Assembly (NCBI RefSeq): GCF_009914755.1
Contig: NC_060926.1
DNA: 64,000 nucleotides
DNA from: the human T2T-CHM13v2.0 reference genome, Homo sapiens
Reading direction: 5' to 3' (one strand)
A model generated the notes under the pieces. The model ran no database searches. It had not been told where the DNA came from and worked only from the letters and a program-made list of their open reading frames with translations. The translations under genes were made by a program, and so were the position numbers. Positions 14,093-27,050 of the stretch are shown piece by piece; the stretch's first letter is position 1; the number at the start of each line of letters is the position of its first letter.

Positions 14093-14869
14093 GCTAAAAT
14101 GAACTAGAGTTTCCGAGATGTCAGAAAAACCTCATTGTTTTCCTGACAATGTGTCTTCAAATAAACCAGACAGATGCATTCACGTGCAGCCTGTTTTCCT
14201 TCATTTCAACACTTTGGAGGAGGAATCCATCAATGTGATTTAAGAATAGATCTGCATATTAATGTTTTCTATCATAAGGAGGAAATAAATACAGTAAGTG
14301 TAGCACATGTAATTTAATGATGATGTTATTCACAGAAGGTTTATACAAAAGTCAAATGATAGATTGGCTGCTCTGAATAATAGTTGGAAAAAATTATAAG
14401 TCTTGTTCTAAATTTTAAAAGTAAACTTATAAGCATCAAGGAACAATAAAGCTGAAGTGATTAGCAGTGTAAAAATATCTGTCCTGTGATTTAACTTGTC
14501 AACATGTATGAAATTTAATGGTAAATATGAAAGACGTATAATGATTAGGAGAGTATGAACTGCTATTCTTAAGGATGGCTTCTCTTTCAGTCACTTTTTT
14601 CTAGGTATCGGAGTCTATAAAAAAACAATTTATTTCTTTTAAAAGATAATTACCGTTAACCTAGAGTTTCAACTCTACTCTTCATAATGACAAAATGTCT
14701 TTCTCTATTAATTAAAGAAAAGCAGGTCACTGGACCACATCTTTTTTTTGTTTGTTCCAAATAATATTTACCTAGCCTTTATTGTCACAGTAAGAGAGGT
14801 GAACCTTAAAAATTTCAAGGTTTGTTTGACTATAAGAAATTGCTGCTCAAACCTTCAGATAATAGATAA

Positions 14870-15363
14870 TTTTTTTCTTTTACTTTAACTTCTGGGATAC
14901 ATATGCAGAACATGCAGGTTTGTTACATAGGTATACACGTGCCATGGTGGTTTGCTGCACCTATCAACCCATCATCTAGTTTTAAGCCCCGCATGCATTA
15001 GGTATTTGTCCTAATGCTCTCCCTCCCCTTGCTCCCCTCCCCCTGACAGGCCCCAGTGTGTGATGTTCCCCTCCCTGTGTCCATGTGTTGTCATTGTTCA
15101 ACTCCCATTTATGAGTGAGAACATGCAGTGTTTAGTTTTCTGTTCCTATGTTAGTTTGCTGAGAATGATGTCTTCCAGCTTCATTCATGTCCTTGCAAAG
15201 GACATGAGATCATTTTTTATGACTTCATAGTATTCCGTGGTGTATATGTGCCACATTTTCTTTATCCAGTCTATCACTGATGGGCATTTGGGTTGGTTCC
15301 AAGTCTTTGCTATTGTCAACAGTGCAGCAATAAACATAGGTGTGCATGTGTCTTTGTAGTAGA
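14870..15363 (-). mobile_element. 5'-truncated L1PA7/8-like 3' end
   Basis: tactttaacttctgggatacatatgcagaac...tcatctagttttaagccccgcatgcattagg; possible TSD taatagata (14860-14868) / tagtagata (15357-15365). Confidence 0.95.
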
Positions 15364-15389
15364 TATTAGCTATAGTAGGCTATAGTAGG

Positions 15390-16448
15390 CTTTTGGCAAA
15401 GTCTTTAGGGTTTTCTAGGTATAGGATCATATTGACAGGGAAGAGATAGTTTGACTTATTTTCCTGTTTGAATGACATGTATTTCTTTCTCTTGTAGAAT
15501 AATCAGATGGCCTGCAGATTTGGAGAAAATATTTGCAGACTATGCCTCCAACAAAGCTATAATATCCAGAACCTATGAGGAACTTAAACAAATCAACAAG
15601 AAAACAACAAATAACCTCATTTAAAAATGGGCATGAACAGACATTTCTCAAAAGAAGGCATACGTGTAGCCAACAAATATGAAAAAATGCTCACTGTCTC
15701 TAATCATCAGAGAAAGGCAAGTCACAACCACAGTAAGATACCATCTCACACCAGTCAGAATGGCTATTAATAAAACGTCAAAAAAGCAGAAATAATGGCA
15801 AGTTTGTACAAAAAGGGGAACACTTATACACTGTTTGTGGAAATGTAAATTAGTTCGGCACGGTGGAAAACAATTTGGAGATTTCTCAAAGAACTTAGGA
15901 AACAGAGCTACTGTTTGACCCAGCAATCCCATTACTGAATATATATCCAAAAGAAAATAGATCATTCAGCAAAAAAGACAAATGCACTTGTATGTTCACC
16001 ACCGTATTATTCACAATAGCAAAAACATGGTACCAATCTCGATGTCCGCCAGTGTGGGGGACTGGGTGTGGTACACATACACTACAGAATACTACACAGT
16101 CATAAAAAGAATGATATCATGTACTTTGCAGCAGCATAAATGGAGCTGGAGACCATAATCCTGAATATATTAATGCAGGAAAAGGAAACTACTGCCTGTT
16201 CTCCCTTATAAGTGGGAGCTGAACATTTAGCATCCAAGGACATAAATATGGGAGCAATAGACATTAGAGACTACTAGACAAGAAAGAAAAGAATGGGAGA
16301 ATGGTTCAAGAAACTACCTATTGGCTATATGCTCACTACCTGGATACAATATACTAGTGTAACAAACCTTCATATGTACCCACTGTATCTAAAATAAAAT
16401 TTGAAAAAAAATAAAGTAAAAAAAAAAATAGTATACCTGGAAAAAAAG
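15390..16448 (+). mobile_element. 5'-inverted L1 (L1PA15-17-like): minus-strand ORF2 piece 15390-15494 joined to plus-strand 3' end ~15497-16448
   Basis: Reverse complement of 15390-15494 aligns with ORF2 at ~55535-55640 of this window; the plus part aligns from ~56555 onward and ends in ctaaaataaaatttgaaaaaaaa with an A-rich tail. Confidence 0.88.
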
Positions 16449-16464
16449 AAAAACTTCAAACAAG

Positions 16465-19400
16465 AAGAGTTTATGGATGTCACCATGATAACACAATAGA
16501 CTATTCCAGACCTTTTCCCCCACAGGAACACTGATCTAACAACAGTATATGGACCAAAAAGCCTCTATGAGAACTTTAGAAATCAGTCAGGAAGTGGCAG
16601 TACTCCATGCAACCTCAAAGCCAAGAATAGTTGCTTTGAAACGGGCAAAAATGCTATTTTATTTCAAACAAGAGAGCACCTTTCCTAACGCAGCACTGCT
16701 CACAATTGGTAGGAAAACACACGCGCACACACACACATTACGTTCTCTTGTGAGGGAAAGAGAAGAGTAGAACATACATCATATATTTCATCATTTTTGG
16801 GAAGCTGCCCAAGGGACTGACTAGGAGCACTGAGAGTTAACTGGTATACCTTGAATGTCTGGGGTCCACAGAGATCAAAAGAGAGTTCAGCAGCTTATTG
16901 AAGCCCTGGACTACACATCATACCACACAGAAACCAGCACAATTCACCACAATTGGGATTAAATGCCTGGTTTGTGGCTTCTCTCTTGGGAGGGAAAAAG
17001 TAGAGTAGAATGTGCATCTGATATTCAGCTTTTCTGGGACTGTTTGAGGTACTGATTACTGTCTTATCTGACTCAGAGTCCTGATGGGAGCTGGCATAAT
17101 TTGTATGCTTGAAGGTTACAGAGCACAAGAGAGGTCAGTAGCTTATGACAGTATCAGAGAACCTGCAATACCACAGACAGACACCAGAGAGAGCAAGAGA
17201 CTACAACCTCCTGAGAAAGAAACTGACAAGCCTCTTCAACAGAGAAACTACGTGCACAAGCCTGGAGAAAAGACCACATGTATAAAAGATTTGAGAAGCC
17301 CTCAGAGTCTCTAGCCAGGCAGGCTGGGGGTGGTCTTTCTCTGAATGAAGCCAGTCCATAAAGACTCAGAGAGGTAGGTTTTTTCAAAGTGTATGGATCC
17401 CCACACAATGTTACACGGCATGTAAAGAAATAGAAATAAGGCCTAATCAAAGAAACAAAATAAATTTTTAGAAACAAACTCTAGGGAAATAGATGTATAT
17501 AAATTACATAACAAAGAATTCAAAATAACCATCAAAAAGATGACCAATAAGCTCAGAAAACAATGCATGAACAAAACGAGAATATCAGCAAGATAGAAAT
17601 TAATAACAAAGCAACCAACAAAAAACAAAATTTTGGATATGAAGAATACAATGACCGAATTGAAAAATTCACTACAGTTTCTAGATCAATCCAAAGAAAG
17701 AAATCAACAGACTTGAAGATAGGTCATTTGAAATTATCCAGCCTGAGAAATAAAAAGAAAAAAAAAATGGAAAAGAGGGATGAAAGCCAAAGGATCTAAA
17801 GTATACCATCAAATGAACAAATACGGGAGTTCCAGACGAAGAAGAAGAGAGAAAGGGCCAGAAAGCTTACTTGGACAAGTATTGGCTAACGTGGTCTGAA
17901 ATCTGGGGAAAGAAATGAAAGTCCAGATTTGAAAAACCCAGTGAATTAGAACTGAAATGAACATAAAGAAGCCCACGCTGATATACGCGATAATAAAATT
18001 ATCAAAATTAAATAATGAAAACAATTTCTAAGCAATATGAGAAAAGCAACTCATCACATACAACTCACCACATCACATACATATTCATAAGACTATCAGT
18101 GATTTATCAGCAGAAACCTTGTGGGCCAGAAAGACTTGGTATGATATAGTAAAAGTGCTGGGGACAAAACAAAAACAAAAACAAAACAAAAAAACCGCCA
18201 GCCATAACATAAATACCATAACCAACAACAATATCCTTCAGAAATGAAGGGGAAACAAAGACTTTTCCAGGAAAACAAAAGCTGCAGGAGTACATCACCA
18301 TTAGACCTGCCTTCCACGAAATCCTAAAGGGAACTCTTCATGTTAAAATAAAAGGACACAAGACAGCAACATGAAAGCATGTAAAAGTATGAAGCTCACT
18401 GATAAGGGTAAATTTATAGATAAATAAAAATATGGTAATTCTGTAATGGTGATGTATAAATAACTTTTAATTCTGAAGTAGGAGTTAACAAAAAAGTATA
18501 AAAATAACTACAACGATTAAAATAGGTCAATTGACACACAATATAAAAAAATGTGACTTGTGACATCAATGTAAAAAAGTCCGTTGGGAGAAAAAAAGTG
18601 TAGTGTTTTTGTATGTGATTCAAGTTAAGTTGTTACCTACTTAAAACAGATTGTTACCATGATAAGGTGTTTTATGTATGGTAATCATAAGAAAATATAG
18701 ACATAAGATATGAAAAATAAAATGAGAAAGGAATCAAAGTATGTCACTACTAAGAATTCAATAAAACAGAAAAGAAGCAAGAGGAGAGGGTAAAAAAGCT
18801 ACAAGACAGCGATATGAACTGTTTATGTTCTTCTTAAATTCATATGTTGAGTTCTCAATTCCCAATACGATGCTATGTAGAGGTGGGGCCTTTGGAGTGT
18901 AATTAGGTCATGAGGGTGGAGCTCTCTTGAATGGAATTAATGACCACCTAAAAACAGAAGAAGATGCAGGATCTCACCTTTCACTCTCCACTTGGGGAGG
19001 GTACAAGGAGTGGATGACCGTCTGCAACCAAGAGTGGGCCCTCACCAGACACTAAATTTACCAGTACCTTGATTTTAGACTTCCCAGCCTCCAAACTACG
19101 AAAAATAGTTATTAGTTAAGTCTCCCACTCCATGGTAAATTGTGATAGCAGCCCAAACTGACAAAGATGGACAGCAAGAAAACATTGAATAAAATGGCAA
19201 AAGTAAATTATTACTATCAGTAATTACTTTAAGTGTAAATCGATAAAACTCCCACTTAAAAAAAAAAGCCTAGAGAGGTTGAATGGATTCAAAGAATAAT
19301 ATTCAACTGTAGGCTGTCTAGAAGAGACTCATTTTAGATTTAACAACACACATTAGTCAAAAGTGAAAGAATGAAAAAAGATATCCCATACAAATGATAA

Positions 19401-20670
19401 CCAAAGAAGAATAGAGGTGCCTCCAGGAAAGATCACTTGTTAGGTCATAAAGCAAGGTTTAACAAATTTAAGAAGACTGGCATAATGGCAAGTGTCTTCT
19501 CTGACCACAGTGGAAGGAAACTAGAAATTAATAGCAGAATAAAAACTGAAAAAATAAAAAATAAAAGAAAATTAAACACATTTGGATAACTAATACGTAA
19601 AGAAGGGAAAGGTAAGGGGAACAATTTGTCCAAAGGGAAATTAGAAAATATCCTGATAGAAACAAAAATAAAGCACAACAGACCAAAACCTATGGGATGT
19701 AGCAAAGGCAGTAGTAAAAGGGAAGTTTATAGCAGCAAATGCCTACATTATAAAAGAAGAAAAATCTCAAATAAACTATCTAACTTTATACCTCAAAGAA
19801 CTAGAAAAATAAGAATGATCTAAACCTAAAGATAGCAGAAAATGAAAATAATAAACACTTGATAAGAAAAAATAGAGAATAGAAAAATTAAAATATTAAT
19901 AAAATTAAGGAGATTTTTTGAAAAATCAATCAGTTGACAAACCTTTAGGAAACTAAGAAAAAAAGAGAGAAGATTCAAAATAAATAAATTCAGAAAGAAA
20001 ACAGGAGACATTACAAATAAGGCCACAAAAGAAAAAGGATTTCAAGAGATTACTATGAAAAATTTTGTGAAAAATTTGAATAATCTAAAAGAAATGGATA
20101 AATTTCTAGAAACCTACAAACCACCCAGACTGAATTACAAAGAAAATTCTTAGCAGACTTATAACTAGTAAGAAAGTTGAATAAGTGATCAAAAACTTCC
20201 CAAAAAAGAAAAGTTCATGTTCATCACAGCATTACTAACAATAAACAAGAGTTAGAAACAAATTGTGTCCATCAATGGATAAATGGATTAAAAAATGTGA
20301 TATATACATACAATGAAATATTATTTGGCAAGAAAAGAGAAAATATTGTTATATGCTACAACATGGATACACTTTAAAGACATTCTGTTAAGCAAAATAT
20401 ACCAGTGATAGAAGGACAAAAAATGCATGATTTTCCTTATGGGAGGTGTTAAAGTGGTCAAACTCTTAGAACCAGATGTAGAATACTGGTTACCAGGGTC
20501 TGAAACAGGGCAAAATGGAAAGTCATTGTTCAATGGGTAGAGTTTCAGTCATGCAAAATGAAAAAGTTTTAGAGATATGCTCTACAACAAAGTGCATATA
20601 GTTAACAATGTTTTACTGTACACGTATGTTAAAAAGGTGAATGTCATATTATATGGTTTTTCCACAGTGA
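16465..20670 (+). mobile_element. Old L1 (L1MA10/L1MB-like) with 5'UTR, ORF1 and 3'UTR; ORF2 internally deleted; interrupted by an MLT1A0-like LTR
   Basis: 5' start ggatgtcaccatgataac...cccacaggaacactgat; ORF1 remnants ~17430-18350; ORF2 start ctatcagtaattactttaagtgtaaatcg; 3'UTR caatgggtagagtttcagtcatgcaaaatgaaaaagttttagagat. Confidence 0.85.
18810..19169 (+). mobile_element. MLT1A0-like MaLR solo LTR with 5-bp TSD
   Basis: aaattcatatgttga...gaggtggggcctttgg...attaggtcatgagggtggagc...tagcagcccaaactgac; TSD gacag at 18805-18809 and 19170-19174. Confidence 0.9.
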
Positions 20671-21139
20671 TAACAAGTTAGATATCTCACAAATAATTTC
20701 AAGGTAAAAGAACCCTGCTTTACTTGATTTTAAAATCTTTCTAAAGTAACAGGAAAAATATTTTAGATTTACTGGAGATTCTATTTAAATTTTAAACCCA
20801 ACTTTAACAATTTCAAGAAGAATCCCTGTTTTCTATTCCAGAATTATTTTTCAATCTTTATCAAACTTGGATTATCATATTTGACTGTCCTCTTATGATA
20901 GTGCCAAATGGATTTAATAGTACCTCAGGAACCATCATTAGAAACTGATCTAATAAATTGCTATAAATTTGATGCACTTTCTATTAACAGGGTGTAAAAG
21001 CTTGAATATAAGAAGAATAATCAAAGTTTCTCATAATGGCACACACTCACATGGTTTTGACACGCTCACTTCTCAAAACATATGTGCTTATGATATGGTT
21101 TGAATAATTCTGCCAGATAGACTAGCTTTCCCTTAAGAT

Positions 21140-21207
21140 TATATGTATACATATATGTGTTTGTGTGTGTGTATATATATGTGTGTGTGTATATATATTT
21201 ATATATA
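21140..21207. repeat. TA/TG compound microsatellite
   Basis: Seen directly. Confidence 0.8.
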
Positions 21208-23904
21208 ATTTTAATCAACATAAAGTCTTTTATTGTTATTTGTTCCAATTTTAGTTATTATCAGCTGTAGGCCTTAAGTATTTTTGAGACAATAAGTTAA
21301 GCTTTAACACTTGACATGAATCACATGGGAAAAAGGAGGTTTCATTTACTACAAAATTCCATGGAATACAACATTTCTTCCCAGCTTTCCCTTAGTTTGA
21401 CATCAAATATTTATAGAATAGCTAACCTCTTGCACTCAGTGGCCAGGCAGAGGGCCATGTCATCATAATAATGCCAAATTTACTGTCACAATCTTTCCCA
21501 GGAATCCAGAATATGAACAATAAAAAACTATGACAGAAACTCTTGATTGCTGAAAGTTTTGAGTTTGACTCTATGGTTTTCTGGCATTGTGTACTGATGG
21601 ATTTTCCAACTCAAAGATAGATAACTGAGCCCCATAATCACCTGAAAGAGCTGCGCTTGTAACGCACCCACCCCTACGCAGAGGAGAAACACCTACGCTG
21701 ATATTGCTGAATGTTCCAGATAGAACCCTTTTAAATTTTTGGTACAGCTGGTTTCATAGTTGTTAAAATACTATTTAAAAAGTAAACAGCATCCATTTCC
21801 ATACAAGATCCTTTAGGTTCACAGTGAGGCCCTGAAGCCTCACACTATCTCTCATGTGCAGATTCGAGGGTCTTCATAACTCTTGAATTTCACTCATGTT
21901 CTTTGTTTCATTTGAATCAAGAAAATAGCTCTTGGGTAACTTTCATGTTTCACTGAATGTAAGATCAAGGTATCCTACTAAACTGATACATAGAGTACCA
22001 TTTTAGTGGGATTAGAATTACCATAAAGTGTGTACAACAAAATTACTGTAAAATCTGCAGTATTTTTCAGATTTTTAATTTTGAAATATGCCCCCTTGCC
22101 ATTCACCTCCTCACAACCTCAAACACCACCACCCAAGTATCTTGCTGGACTAGTTTTCCAGGCTTGTTACTTGGAAAACGCTTGTGTAGAGCTTGTGTAA
22201 AGCCCAAAAGGGACTGTCCTTGGTGCTGAAAAGGGAAGCAGCCACACGGTCATTGTTTTTCGGAAAAGGGCCTCCTACCTAGAAAGCTGAATTGCTTTTT
22301 GGCCACTTTCTGCATCATGAGCATAATCAGGCCTCTAAGCCCAGGGCATCCCTTTGGCTGGTTATGATTTCTGTTACTTAGTGCTGAAATTTTAAATTTA
22401 ATGTCTTTTCGTAATCTTCACTTTCAATATTCTATTAAAATAGTCTTTAAGATAGTCTTGGTAAGATGTCAAATTTTAAAACTATATTATGTTTTCATCA
22501 TGATATCAATTTTAAAACAAATGTCATGGTGGAGAGGACAGCATTTTGAATATAGGGACCTAGCATGCCCTTCCTAGAAAATGACTGAAATGAAGAAAGT
22601 CACATAAACATAGAAAAATATCACATCAGTATTAGAGGTGGGTGATAAGACTGATATCTAATAACTAAAATCAGAAACATCAAAATATTTCTGGGGAAAA
22701 AAAACACGACAGAAATAAAACAAAGGAGAAATTATCCACCTTTAAAAATGGGGTTTGTTCCATTAGACATTCCTGTAAGAAAGCTAGGACAAACAGGCAT
22801 ATACTCCTTAATTTCAAAAGTAAAGGGATAAAGTAGAAGGCAGTATCTAAAACAGCAAAGACTTACTCCTATTGGAAAATTTTCATGAAATATGTGCAAA
22901 CAACATGCAAAATAAGGTAACTTAAGCATGTGGCATTGGCTACGGAATTTAAAGAAGTGTGTGATGCAGCTCTTCCTCTAACTTGATAGGCTGTGGGGTG
23001 TGATTATAATGGTGAGTAGCAAAGAGTGGGTGTGAGTGGCCCACATGTCAGCAGAGAAGACTATTGTGTCATTTACATTATTTAAAATTCCAGTGCATTA
23101 TGATTTAAAAACTCCAACCCTTATTTGGTTTTATTATTATTTTAAAATCTCTACAAGTATGCTGGTCATTATTAGTGGTATTACTACCAATACCATTGCC
23201 TTCATAGCCACTGGTTTACTCTGTATTAAAAATGGAAACTTGGCCAAACAAAAAAAAAAGCTACCTGTTAAAAAGGGCCTAAGGGCAAAACGACTTTACC
23301 AAACTTAGGGAAGAATGGAAACCAACTCAAGGTCTCCCAGTAGGACTGCCTACACCACATCTTTCTCTCCATCATCCTAATTACCAAACAGTACAGAACT
23401 TATCACATTCTACCATATTTGAAAAAAAAAATTATTCCACATTAAAAACAATTTTATAGAACAGCTATCTCGTGGAAAAAATGTTTCAAGTGTATCAGCT
23501 AGTTATAACAATGCTACGAGAGAGATAACAGTATATGTATTTGCACAGAAAACATAAAACATAAACAGTGGAATTACATGCATTTTTTATTTTTTGTTTT
23601 ATGATTTTCTATTTTTTAACTTTATAAAAATAAGCATTATAATTATTACTAAAAAGACACAAACATCAAAATATTTAAAGTTTTTCTATATAAAGGAACA
23701 TTATAGCAATGTGGACTTGTACCATCTCTTTATTATTTCTCTTCTCAGAAGTTATTTGAAAAAACAGAAACTGTGAGACCTTATTATCCAGCTGCATGTG
23801 GTATCTTCAACTCAAATACTCAATTTAGCAAACACATGCATGTGTGTGCACACACACATATTATTTTCAATATCACAGTCATTCAACAATAATTTCCTGA
23901 AGAT

Positions 23905-24150
23905 TAAGATGGTATAAAAATTAAAGGGACTCTAGAATCACGACGTTAAGTTTTGAACCTTATTGTCATTTGTTATGTAACACTATACATTTTGTTTTCC
24001 CTAAATAAAAACTGTAAGCCTTTTTATATAGTTGCTTAAATATCTGGACTTAAATCATACCATTCTTATAAAATTTAAAATGAGAAATATATTTAAAGAG
24101 CTTTGTGGAATTTTTGGCACATTTTAAAAAATAAATGCTCACCATTTTTG
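23905..24150 (+). mobile_element. Highly diverged MIR remnant
   Basis: ggactctagaatca ... aaatgagaaatatatttaaagagctt...tggcacat layout. Confidence 0.45.
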
Positions 24151-24839
24151 TTAAATAATGACTATGTATAATACACTGTGCTACCAATGTGTGGATATTA
24201 AAGTAATACTACAAGATAATTTATTTTTTCAATATAATTTTGTAATTAATACTTGTGAAAGATTAGAGAATGTAAAGTTTTATTTTTAATTTTTCTATCA
24301 GCACTTATAATGTAAATATATTAACTCATTATCTACTTTCATTTTTATTTATTACAACGACAGGTTAAATCATTTCCCCTTATTGGATAGCATAATATAC
24401 AGGCTTTCCTAACTATCTAACGTTGTAAAAAGTGCTGTTTATCATGTTTATCTGGTGTCACATGTAAATAAATATCTAATATAATTGGAAATCTTCGGGC
24501 AGTGAGAGGAGATGCTGTCAAAACATGAATGATTTGTCCATATCATCGTTTTCTGAGTCTTATAATTCCCAACTGTTACAATAAGGCTTAAGCGAAATAT
24601 TAGAGATGGAACATCACAGATCTGTTAGCTTGCCAATATTTTTATACATCAAAGAAAAAAAAAAACTCATCGTCATTCCTGACTTTTGTCTCTGCTAATG
24701 TGAGGAATGCTCTATCAGGAATGGCTACCTTAAACAACATTTCAGAATCTCATTATATATTTTCTTCACTGAACCATTAGCCAGAATGGTGAGAAAAGAA
24801 GCATCCTGGGCAACCTAAGCACTTAAACAGAGAGACCTA

Positions 24840-24985
24840 TATAAAGTGGAATGGATGTTGGACCAATAGTAAGAAAGGCGTTAGATTCCCAGGGCTACTA
24901 TTAATGAATACTTTTACATTAGGGCGTCACTTCAGATTCCTGATCGTCAGCTTTTGAATTTCTAAAATGAAGGGTTATAACCAAA
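24840..24985 (+). mobile_element. MIR/MIR3 remnant
   Basis: gggcgtcacttcagattcctg...cagcttttgaatttctaaaatgaaggg, core-like. Confidence 0.45.
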
Positions 24986-26639
24986 TTAGGACAAAAATCT
25001 ATTCTATTTCCCAGGCTCTAGGTGATACATACTATACATATGTATCTTATTTTCAACAAATTTTAATTCAATAATATACTCTAAAATTTTGCTTTGTCAA
25101 TATTTAAAGCATTCATTAAACCTTAAAGTTGAGAAATAAGACATTGATAGCTCTCACTTGAACTTGGGTGATCTTTGCAATTATGAATTTATTCAATGAA
25201 GCCCCTTTATGAATATAGTATTTCTGGTTTTCTGAGGGTTTCTTCCTCAATATAGGTCATATACCTTGGAGATAACCAGAGCATGCTTCATGCATGTATA
25301 CATGTTGAATCTAAGCCCTTATAGAGTCTCTACTGTAACTATTTAAAGATGATAGAACTAAGGCTTGGAGTAGTAAACTATATGTTTAAGAAAGGACACA
25401 CTTTAAATGGTAGGTCAAATATGATTTAAACATCACTACAAATAACTACTTAAGTAATTTGAAAGATAAATAAAAATTTCTGAGAAGACAGTTTTGTACA
25501 AAACAGCATGTACAAGATTAGACACATACAAAAATTTCAATACAAAGTAATACGTATTGGTGGATAAATGTGTAGCAGTGGTTACAAATGTGGCAAACTC
25601 ACAATCTTAAGTAATTACATTACCTTCCACCTCCCTTTTCTCATGCCTCAATTTTTGTTGTTTGCATAACAATATACTATCTAGATAAACGAACCAGAGA
25701 TGGAGAAGAGAGAGAGGTATATGATTATTTACTATTATGCTAATAAATAATGAAAGTGTATTTTTTTTTGTCTAGGGAGAGAAACAATATAAATAGCTGA
25801 ACTTTTGTGGTGAAGTGACTTTTACTACTTCACCATTTAAAACCCACGTATGTATTTATTTTTAAAATAAAAATAAATGAAATAAATTTATAAGCAAATT
25901 CAGTAATATAATTGCAAATTTTGGTGAAATAAATTTTAATATAATATTAAATAAAATACTGTTTTAAAAATAGACAGAACATCTTAGGAATTAAAGCAAG
26001 TATTATGAAAGAAATTTCAAAGGGTATTACAGCTTACCTCATTCAACTCATTAAGATACAGATAATTGCAATGCTATTTGCACATTTCCAGAGCATTAAA
26101 AAGATGCTAAACTTTACATTTTTAAATGCCACCGTGACTCAGAAGCCAAAAGTTGATTTAGAAAATTTAAAAATAGCACACTTATACACACAAACACGTG
26201 CACCATCAGATCAGTCTCAATAAATCTCAATCATGATTATCAATGAACAAAAGGTAGAACTCTGACAATATTCAAAGTGTATATTAAGATAAATTATGCA
26301 TAATAAATTTAGCTTTCATCTAAGAATTCAAAAATAATTCAATGTAATTATTTAATTGATCAATAAATGAAAATTTTCAACTTAATGACCTTACTCAATG
26401 TAAAAAATGTATTATAAAAATTTAATTCTTATTCCTGAAAGAGCAATGATTACTAAAAAAGTAAAAGTAAAATTAATATAACAATTTTATAGACTACAAA
26501 CCAAGGGTCAACATTAAATTGTGATAAAATCCTAAATACTGTATTCTTAAGTAAATGGCGATTCTACTTAAGAAGGCATTACTATTAGTTATCATTGCTC
26601 TGGAACTATCTCCTTAGAAAAAAGTAAAGGAAAATCTGA

Positions 26640-27050
26640 AAAAATGTATTGATCAAGTGATTAAAACAGATTTCTCATCAGAAAATGGCTAAACCACATG
26701 ATCAGGCAATACGTAATATAAACACATATGGCCAAGAAACCTTTGAAAAAATATTTGATTCAGAAATAATTTAAGAAATTCAAATTAATAAACAATGAAA
26801 TTTATTTCTTCCTTGAGAATGAAAACACATTTAAAGATTCTTATAAGTATCATCTAAGCTATAAAATAAAAATGTATAAGGGGAAATTTAGCTTTATGTT
26901 TTCAAAGCCTTAGGATTTTCGTACTGTTTCATACTGCTTTTCCATATTTCAGACATATTACAGGGACATTCTCATGAATATTGGTCCCTTGACATATTGT
27001 TTATAATAGTGAAAAATATAAACAATGTAAATATCTAATAATAGTAAGAA
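26640..27050 (+). mobile_element. Very old L1 (L1ME-like) ORF2 3' remnant
   Basis: aagaaattcaaattaataaacaatgaaat and attgtttataatagtgaaaaat...aaacaatgtaaatatctaataatag motifs. Confidence 0.5.

Noticed and set aside
13846-14867. CRISPR-like or other prokaryotic repeat array
   Set aside because: Only two copies 1 kb apart in clearly primate DNA; no repeat-spacer periodicity or cas genes in the window.
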